DNA of 64,000 nt from Auanema rhodensis (Eukaryota; Animalia; Nematoda): positions 19,220,001 through 19,284,000 of the forward strand of contig OZ059897.1 of assembly GCA_964057225.1 (NCBI GenBank). The letters run 5' to 3'. The position numbers and the translations under genes were made by a program. Positions 54,401-64,000 of this stretch are shown here, piece by piece. Below the pieces are notes generated by a model. That model made no database searches and was not told the origin of the DNA. It was given only the letters and a program-made list of their open reading frames with translations. Each line of letters begins with the position of its first letter. The first letter of the stretch is position 1.

Positions 54401-55980
54401 CAAAATAATTTAGCAAAAAGTAGATGTTTTTAGATTTCTTTTTTCAAGGCGAAGACGATGGACAATGTTATTCAACGAAAAAATTATTTCTTCAGGGTGA
54501 AAATCGAGGATATAAGTGTGAACTTATATCAGTTGATATATCGGTGCATTTTTAAGCTAGCGCAAATCTGATAACACAGATCGACGCAGCTTAAAAATCC
54601 GCATCGAATGCACTATACTACATTGAGAAACGCTTAATACAAAAATTAGTTATGATCGTTTGAAAAATGATGCATTAGTGTATGTTGAGTTTCCATGTAC
54701 ACTCAACATTGCTTCCAAAAACATTTTGACAAAAATTTTTTCAAAAAATTTCAAAATAATTTAGCAAAAAGTAGATGTTTTTAGATTCCTTTTTTCAAGG
54801 CGAAGACGATGGACAATGTTATTCAACGAAAAAATTATTTCTTCAGGGTGAAAATCGAGGATATAAGTGTGAACTTATATCAGTTGATATATCGGTGCAT
54901 TTTTAAGCTAGCGCAAATCTGATAACACAGATCGACGCAGCTTAAAAATCCGCATCGAATGCACTATACTACATGGAAGAACGCTTAATACAAAAATTAG
55001 TTATGATCGTTTGAAAAATGATGCATTAGTGTATGTTGAGTTTCCATGTACACTCAACATTGCTTCCAAAAACATTTTGACAAAAATTTTTTCGAAAAAT
55101 TTCAAAATAATTTAGCAAAAAGTAGATGTTTTTAGATTCCTTTTTTCAGAGCAAAGACGATGGACAATGTTATTCAACGAAAAAATTATTTCTTCAGGGT
55201 GAAAATCGAGGATATAAGTGTGAACTTATATCAGTTGATATATCGGTGCATTTTTAAGCTAGCGCAAATCTGATAACACAGATCGACGCAGCTTAAAAAT
55301 CCGCATCGAATGCACTATACTACATTGAGAAACGCTTAATACAAAAATTAGTTATGATCGTTTGAAAAATGATGCATTAGTGTATGTTGAGTTTCCATGT
55401 ACACTCAACATTGCTTCCAAAAACATTTTGACAAAAATTTTTTCGAAAAATTTCAAAATAATTTAGCAAAAAGTAGATGTTTTTAGATTCCTTTTTTCAA
55501 GGCAAAGACGATGGACAATGTTATTCAACGAAAAAATTAATTCTTCAGGGTGAAAATCGAGGATATAAGTGTGAACTTATATCAGTTGATATCTCGGTAC
55601 ATTTTTAAGCTAGCGCAAATCTGATAACACAGATCGACGCAGCTTAAAAATCCGCATCGAATGCACTATACTACATTGAGAAACGCTTTATACAAAAATT
55701 AGTTATGATCGTTTGAAAAATGATGCATTAGTGTATGTTGAGTTTCCATGTACACTCAACATTGCTTCCAAAAACATTTTGACAAAAATTTTTTCGAAAA
55801 ATTTCAAAATAATTTAGCAAAAAGTAGATGTTTTTAGATTCCTTTTTTCAAGGCAAAGACGATGGACAATGTTATTCAACGAAAAAATTAATTCTTCAGG
55901 GTGAAAATCGAGGATATAAGTGTGAACTTATATCAGTTGATATCTCGGTACATTTTTAAGCTAGCGCAAATCTGATAACA
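51500..55980. repeat. ~4.5-monomer block repeated at an 8-monomer offset (2,808 bp)
   Basis: TTTCAGAGCAAAG at ~52341 and ~55149. TTTTCAAAAAA at 51935 and 54743. GGCGAAG, AATTATTTC and GATATATCGG occur in the same order in both copies. Confidence 0.9.
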
Positions 55981-57221
55981 TAGATCGACGCAGCTTAAAA
56001 ATCCGCATCGAATGCACTATACTACATGGAAGAACGCTTAATACAAAAATAAGTTATGATCGTTTGAAAAATGATGCATTAGTGTATGTTGAGTTTCCAT
56101 GTACACTCAACATTGCTTCCAAAAACATTTTGACAAAAATTTTTTCGAAAAATTTCAAGATAATTTAGCAAAAAGTAGATGTTTTTAGATTCCTTTTTTC
56201 AAGGCAAAGACGATGGACAATGTTATTCAACGAAAAAATTAATTCTTCAGGGTGAAAATCGAGGATATAAGTGTGAACTTATATCAGTTGATATCTCGGT
56301 ACATTTTTAAGCTAGCGCAAATCTGATAACACAGATCGACGCAGCTTAAAAATCCGCATCGAATGCACTATACTACATTGAGAAACGCTTTATACAAAAA
56401 TTAGTTATGATCGTTTGAAAAATGATGCATTAGTGTATGTTGAGTTTCCATGTACACTCAACATTGCTTCCAAAAACATTTTGACAAAAATTTTTTCGAA
56501 AAATTTCAAGATAATTTAGCAAAAAGTAGATGTTTTTAGATTCCTTTTTTCAAGGCAAAGACGATGGACAATGTTATTTAACGAAAAAATTAATTCTTCA
56601 GGGTGAAAATCGAGGATATAAGTGTAAACTTATATCAGTTGATATCTCGGTGCATTTTTAAGCTAGCGCAAATCTGATAACACAGATCGACGCAGCTTAA
56701 AAATCCGCATCGAATGCACTATACTACATGGAAGAACGCTTAATACAAAAATTAGTTATGATCGTTTGAAAAATGATGCATTAGTGTATGTTGAGTTTCC
56801 ATATACACTCAACATTGCTTCCAAAAACATTTTGACAAAAATTTTTTCGAAAAATTTAAGATAATTTAGCAAAAAGTAGATGTTTTTAGATTCCTTTTTT
56901 CAAGGCAAAGACGATGGACAATGTTATTTAACGAAAAAATTAATTCTTCAGGGTGAAAATCGAGGATATAAGTGTAAACTTATATCAGTTGATATCTCGG
57001 TGCATTTTTAAGCTAGCGCAAATCTGATAACACAGATCGACGCAGCTTAAAAATCCGCATCGAATGCACTATACTACATTGAGAAACGCTTAATACAAAA
57101 ATTAGTTATGATCGTTTGAAAAATGATGCATTAGTGTATGTTGAGTTTCCATGTACACTCAACATTGCTTCCAAAAACATTTTGACAAAAATTTTTTCGA
57201 AAAATTTCAAAATAATTTAGC

Positions 57222-60200
57222 AAAAAGTAGATGTTTTTAGATTCCTTTTTTCAAGGCAAAGACGATGGACAATGTTATTTAACGAAAAAATTAATTCTTC
57301 AGGGTGAAAATCGAGGATATAAGTGTAAACTTATATCAGTTGATATCTCGGTGCATTTTTAAGCTAGCGCAAATCTGATAACACAGATCGACGCAGCTTA
57401 AAAATCCGCATCGAATGCACTATACTACATTGAGAAACGCTTAATACAAAAATTAGTTATGATCGTTTGAAAAATGATGCATTAGTGTATGTTGAGTTTC
57501 CATGTACACTCAACATTGCTTCCAAAAACATTTTGACAAAAATTTTTTCGAAAAATTTCAAAATAATTTAGCAAAAAGTAGATGTTTTTAGATTCCTTTT
57601 TTCAAGGCAAAGACGATGGACAATGTTATTCAACGAAAAAATTGATTCTTCAGGGTGAAAATCGAGGATATAAGTGTGAACTTATATCAGTTGATATCTC
57701 GGTACATTTTTAAGCTAGCGCAAATCTGATAACACAGATCGACGCAGCTTAAAAATCCGCATCGAATGCACTATACTACATTGAGAAACGCTTTATACAA
57801 AAATTAGTTATGATCGTTTGAAAAATGATGCATTAGTGTATGTTGAGTTTCCATGTACACTCAACATTGCTTCCAAAAACATTTTGACAAAAATTTTTTC
57901 GAAAAATTTCAAGATAATTTAGCAAAAAGTAGATGTTTTTAGATTCCTTTTTTCAAGGCAAAGACGATGGACAATGTTATTTAACGAAAAAATTAATTCT
58001 TCAGGGTGAAAATCGAGGATATAAGTGTAAACTTATATCAGTTGATATCTCGGTGCATTTTTAAGCTAGCGCAAATCTGATAACACAGATCGACGCAGCT
58101 TAAAAATCCGCATCGAATGCACTATACTACATTGAGAAACGCTTAATACAAAAATTAGTTATGATCGTTTGAAAAATGATGCATTAGTGTATGTTGAGTT
58201 TCCATGTACACTCAACATTGCTTCCAAAAACATTTTGACAAAAATTTTTTCGAAAAATTTCAAGATAATTTAGCAAAAAGTAGATGTTTTTAGATTCCTT
58301 TTTTCAAGGCAAAGACGATGGACAATGTTATTCAACGAAAAAATTAATTCTTCAGGGTGAAAATCGAGGATATAAGTGTGAACTTATATCAGTTGATATC
58401 TCGGTACATTTTTAAGCTAGCGCAAATCTGATAACACAGATCGACGCAGCTTAAAAATCCGCATCGAATGCACTATACTACATTGAGAAACGCTTAATAC
58501 AAAAATTAGTTATGATCGTTTGAAAAATGATGCATTAGTGTATGTTGAGTTTCCATGTACACTCAACATTGCTTCCAAAAACATTTTGACAAAAATTTTT
58601 TCGAAAAATTTCAAGATAATTTAGCAAAAAGTAGATGTTTTTAGATTCCTTTTTTCAAGGCAAAGACGATGGACAATGTTATTTAACGAAAAAATTAATT
58701 CTTCAGGGTGAAAATCGAGGATATAAGTGTAAACTTATATCAGTTGATATCTCGGTGCATTTTTAAGCTAGCGCAAATCTGATAACACAGATCGACGCAG
58801 CTTAAAAATCCGCATCGAATGCACTATACTACATTGAGAAACGCTTAATACAAAAATTAGTTATGATCGTTTGAAAAATGATGCATTAGTGTATGTTGAG
58901 TTTCCATGTACACTCAACATTGCTTCCAAAAACATTTTGACAAAAATTTTTTCGAAAAATTTCAAAATAAATTAGCAAAAAGTAGATGTTTTTAGATTCC
59001 TTTTTTCAAGGCAAAGACGATGGACAATGTTATTCAACGAAAAAATTAATTCTTCAGGGTGAAAATCGAGGATATAAGTGTGAACTTATATCAGTTGATA
59101 TCTCGGTACATTTTTAAGCTAGCGCAAATCTGATAACATAGATCGACGCAGCTTAAAAATCCGCATCGAATGCACTATACTACATGGAAGAACGCTTAAT
59201 ACAAAAATTAGTTATGATCGTTTGAAAAATGATGCATTAGTGTATGTTGAGTTTCCATATACACTCAACATTGCTTCCAAAAACATTTTGACAAAAATTT
59301 TTTCGAAAAATTTCAAGATAATTTAGCAAAAAGTAGATGTTTTTAGATTCCTTTTTTCAAGGCAAAGACGATGGACAATGTTATTTAACGAAAAAATTAA
59401 TTCTTCAGGGTGAAAATCGAGGATATAAGTGTAAACTTATATCAGTTGATATCTCGGTGCATTTTTAAGCTAGCGCAAATCTGATAACACAGATCGACGC
59501 AGCTTAAAAATCCGCATCGAATGCACTATACTACATGGAAGAACGCTTAATACAAAAATTAGTTATGATCGTTTGAAAAATGATGCATTAGTGTATGTTG
59601 AGTTTCCATGTACACTCAACATTGCTTCCAAAAACATTTTGGCAAAAATTTTTTCGAAAAATTTCAAAATAATTTAGCAAAAAGTAGATGTTTTTAGATT
59701 CCTTTTTTCAAGGCAAAGACGATGGACAATGTTATTCAACGAAAAAATTAATTCTTCAGGGTGAAAATCGAGGATATAAGTGTAAACTTATATCAGTTGA
59801 TATCTCGGTGCATTTTTAAGCTAGCGCAAATCTGATAACACAGATCGACGCAGCTTAAAAATCCGCATCGAATGCACTATACTACATGGAAGAACGCTTA
59901 ATACAAAAATTAGTTATGATCGTTTGAAAAATGATGCATTAGTGTATGTTGAGTTTCCATGTACACTCAACATTGCTTCCAAAAACATTTTGACAAAAAT
60001 TTTTTCGAAAAATTTCAAAATAATTTAGCAAAAAGTAGATGTTTTTAGATTCCTTTTTTCAAGGCAAAGACGATGGACAATGTTATTCAACGAAAAAATT
60101 GATTCTTCAGGGTGAAAATCGAGGATATAAGTGTGAACTTATATCAGTTGATATCTCGGTACATTTTAAAGCTAGCGCAAATCTGATAACATAGATCGAC

Positions 60201-63200
60201 GCAGCTTAAAAATCCGCATCGAATGCACTATACTACATGGAAGAACGCTTAATACAAAAATTAGTTATGATCGTTTGAAAAATGATGCATTAGTGTATGT
60301 TGAGTTTCCATATACACTCAACATTGCTTCCAAAAACATTTTGACAAAAATTTTTTCGAAAAATTTCAAGATAATTTAGCAAAAAGTAGATGTTTTTAGA
60401 TTCCTTTTTTCAAGGCAAAGACGATGGACAATGTTATTTAACGAAAAAATTAATTCTTCAGGGTGAAAATCGAGGATATAAGTGTAAACTTATATCAGTT
60501 GATATCTCGGTGCATTTTTAAGCTAGCGCAAATCTGATAACACAGATCGACGCAGCTTAAAAATCCGCATCGAATGCACTATACTACATTGAGAAACGCT
60601 TAATACAAAAATTAGTTATGATCGTTTGAAAAATGATGCATTAGTGTATGTTGAGTTTCCATGTACACTCAACATTGCTTCCAAAAACATTTTGACAAAA
60701 ATTTTTTCGAAAAATTTCAAGATAATTTAGCAAAAAGTAGATGTTTTTAGATTCCTTTTTTCAAGGCAAAGACGATGGACAATGTTATTCAACGAAAAAA
60801 TTAATTCTTCAGGGTGAAAATCGAGGATATAAGTGTGAACTTATATCAGTTGATATCTCGGTACATTTTTAAGCTAGCGCAAATCTGATAACACAGATCG
60901 ACGCAGCTTAAAAATCCGCATCGAATGCACTATACTACATTGAGAAACGCTTTATACAAAAATTAGTTATGATCGTTTGAAAAATGATGCATTAGTGTAT
61001 GTTGAGTTTCCATGTACACTCAACATTGCTTCCAAAAACATTTTGACAAAAATTTTTTCGAAAAATTTCAAGATAATTTAGCAAAAAGTAGATGTTTTTA
61101 GATTCCTTTTTTCAAGGCAAAGACGATGGACAATGTTATTTAACGAAAAAATTAATTCTTCAGGGTGAAAATCGAGGATATAAGTGTAAACTTATATCAG
61201 TTGATATCTCGGTGCATTTTTAAGCTAGCGCAAATCTGATAACACAGATCGACGCAGCTTAAAAATCCGCATCGAATGCACTATACTACATTGAGAAACG
61301 CTTAATACAAAAATTAGTTATGATCGTTTGAAAAATGATGCATTAGTGTATGTTGAGTTTCCATGTACACTCAACATTGCTTCCAAAAACATTTTGACAA
61401 AAATTTTTTCGAAAAATTTCAAAATAATTTAGCAAAAAGTAGATGTTTTTAGATTCCTTTTTTCAAGGCAAAGACGATGGACAATGTTATTCAACGAAAA
61501 AATTAATTCTTCAGGGTGAAAATCGAGGATATAAGTGTGAACTTATATCAGTTGATATCTCGGTACATTTTTAAGCTAGCGCAAATCTGATAACATAGAT
61601 CGACGCAGCTTAAAAATCCGCATCGAATGCACTATACTACATGGAAGAACGCTTAATACAAAAATTAGTTATGATCGTTTGAAAAATGATGCATTAGTGT
61701 ATGTTGAGTTTCCATATACACTCAACATTGCTTCCAAAAACATTTTGACAAAAATTTTTTCGAAAAATTTCAAGATAATTTAGCAAAAAGTAGATGTTTT
61801 TAGATTCCTTTTTTCAAGGCAAAGACGATGGACAATGTTATTTAACGAAAAAATTAATTCTTCAGGGTGAAAATCGAGGATATAAGTGTAAACTTATATC
61901 AGTTGATATCTCGGTGCATTTTTAAGCTAGCGCAAATCTGATAACACAGATCGACGCAGCTTAAAAATCCGCATCGAATGCACTATACTACATGGAAGAA
62001 CGCTTAATACAAAAATTAGTTATGATCGTTTGAAAAATGATGCATTAGTGTATGTTGAGTTTCCATGTACACTCAACATTGCTTCCAAAAACATTTTGAC
62101 AAAAATTTTTTCGAAAAATTTCAAAATAATTTAGCAAAAAGTAGATGTTTTTAGATTCCTTTTTTCAAGGCAAAGACGATGGACAATGTTATTCAACGAA
62201 AAAATTAATTCTTCAGGGTGAAAATCGAGGATATAAGTGTGAACTTATATCAGTTGATATCTCGGTACATTTTAAAGCTAGCGCAAATCTGATAACATAG
62301 ATCGACGCAGCTTAAAAATCCGCATCGAATGCACTATACTACATGGAAGAACGCTTAATACAAAAATTAGTTATGATCGTTTGAAAAATGATGCATTAGT
62401 GTATGTTGAGTTTCCATATACACTCAACATTGCTTCCAAAAACATTTTGACAAAAATTTTTTCGAAAAATTTCAAGATAATTTAGCAAAAAGTAGATGTT
62501 TTTAGATTCCTTTTTTCAAGGCAAAGACGATGGACAATGTTATTTAACGAAAAAATTAATTCTTCAGGGTGAAAATCGAGGATATAAGTGTAAACTTATA
62601 TCAGTTGATATCTCGGTGCATTTTTAAGCTAGCGCAAATCTGATAACACAGATCGACGCAGCTTAAAAATCCGCATCGAATGCACTATACTACATTGAGA
62701 AACGCTTAATACAAAAATTAGTTATGATCGTTTGAAAAATGATGCATTAGTGTATGTTGAGTTTCCATGTACACTCAACATTGCTTCCAAAAACATTTTG
62801 ACAAAAATTTTTTCGAAAAATTTCAAGATAATTTAGCAAAAAGTAGATGTTTTTAGATTCCTTTTTTCAAGGCAAAGACGATGGACAATGTTATTCAACG
62901 AAAAAATTAATTCTTCAGGGTGAAAATCGAGGATATAAGTGTGAACTTATATCAGTTGATATCTCGGTACATTTTTAAGCTAGCGCAAATCTGATAACAC
63001 AGATCGACGCAGCTTAAAAATCCGCATCGAATGCACTATACTACATTGAGAAACGCTTAATACAAAAATTAGTTATGATCGTTTGAAAAATGATGCATTA
63101 GTGTATGTTGAGTTTCCATGTACACTCAACATTGCTTCCAAAAACATTTTGACAAAAATTTTTTCGAAAAATTTCAAGATAATTTAGCAAAAAGTAGATG

Positions 63201-63890
63201 TTTTTAGATTCCTTTTTTCAAGGCAAAGACGATGGACAATGTTATTTAACGAAAAAATTAATTCTTCAGGGTGAAAATCGAGGATATAAGTGTAAACTTA
63301 TATCAGTTGATATCTCGGTGCATTTTTAAGCTAGCGCAAATCTGATAACACAGATCGACGCAGCTTAAAAATCCGCATCGAATGCACTATACTACATTGA
63401 GAAACGCTTAATACAAAAATTAGTTATGATCGTTTGAAAAATGATGCATTAGTGTATGTTGAGTTTCCATGTACACTCAACATTGCTTCCAAAAACATTT
63501 TGACAAAAATTTTTTCGAAAAATTTCAAAATAATTTAGCAAAAAGTAGATGTTTTTAGATTCCTTTTTTCAAGGCAAAGACGATGGACAATGTTATTCAA
63601 CGAAAAAATTAATTCTTCAGGGTGAAAATCGAGGATATAAGTGTGAACTTATATCAGTTGATATCTCGGTACATTTTTAAGCTAGCGCAAATCTGATAAC
63701 ATAGATCGACGCAGCTTAAAAATCCGCATCGAATGCACTATACTACATGGAAGAACGCTTAATACAAAAATTAGTTATGATCGTTTGAAAAATGATGCAT
63801 TAGTGTATGTTGAGTTTCCATGTACACTCAACATTGCTTCCAAAAACATTTTGACAAAAATTTTTTCGAAAAATTTCAAAATAATTTAGC
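57222..63890. repeat. Alternating X/Y monomers (702-bp dimer) with a 6-monomer super-period
   Basis: X = TTCAACG/GTGAAC/GGTAC and Y = TTTAACG/GTAAAC/GGTGC alternate, with one hybrid monomer at 59679. Private TTTTAAAGCT at 60168 and 62274 (2,106 bp apart). Confidence 0.88.
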
Positions 63891-64000
63891 AAAAAGTAGA
63901 TGTTTTTAGATTCCTTTTTTCAAGGCAAAGACGATGGACAATGTTATTCAACGAAAAAATTAATTCTTCAGGGTGAAAATCGAGGATATAAGTGTGAACT

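Larger units (their letters stand above)
1..64000. repeat. Tandem satellite DNA array, 351-bp monomer, ~182.3 head-to-tail copies
   Basis: AAAAAGTAGATGTTTTTAGA starts at 1, 352, 704, 1056, 1407 ... 63891. The period is 351, 352 in copies with a 1-bp insertion, 349 and 350 in two copies with deletions. Monomers differ by only a few SNPs. The consensus carries EcoRV (offset 121), NheI (142), NsiI (256), BsrGI (282) and BstBI (326) sites. No non-satellite sequence or orientation switch was seen. Confidence 0.99.
43885..64000. repeat. Distal variant domain of the array
   Basis: First appearances of GGTACATT (44016), ACATAGATC, CATGGAAGAA (~44094) and TTCAAGAT (47384), later CTTTATAC and CCATATAC. 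None of these was seen before 43.9 kb. Confidence 0.8.

Noticed and set aside
1-64000. CRISPR array or other repeat-spacer system
   Set aside because: There are no unique spacers; the whole 351 bp repeats. No cas or other genes are present.
1-64000. Whole array as a collapsed or synthetic assembly artefact
   Set aside because: Position-dependent allele domains, nested duplications and private SNPs fit a real resolved array. Individual near-perfect duplications still need read support.

Overview
The whole 64-kb window is one uninterrupted, head-to-tail array of an AT-rich satellite with a 351-bp monomer (about 31% GC by hand count of the consensus). It holds 182 full copies plus 110 bp, and both ends run off the window. 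The small indels I could see (+6, +4, +1, -2, -1 = +8 bp) account exactly for the offset from 182 x 351. I found no genes, RNA genes, transposon insertions, inversions or CRISPR spacers. The six 63-aa ORFs are by-products of point mutations that remove a TAG in the monomer. This looks like eukaryotic (peri)centromeric or heterochromatic satellite DNA; the organism and family cannot be named from sequence alone. Two levels of structure are worth following up. (1) The monomer is packed with inverted repeats: a 9-bp stem whose tetraloop switches between GTGA and GTAA (both GNRA), a ~67-nt hairpin with an 11-bp perfect core, a 9-bp stem whose recurrent variants fall in the loop, and a nested TTCGAA-centred dyad. 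(2) Shared SNPs divide the array into proximal, middle and distal variant domains, with nested multi-monomer duplications (offsets of 3, 5, 6, 8, 9, 10-11, 27 and 32 monomers), a 5-copy monomer burst and an emerging 702-bp dimeric higher-order repeat. Offsets below are positions in the monomer, numbered from AAAAAGTAGA (= window 1-351). All counts are by eye.
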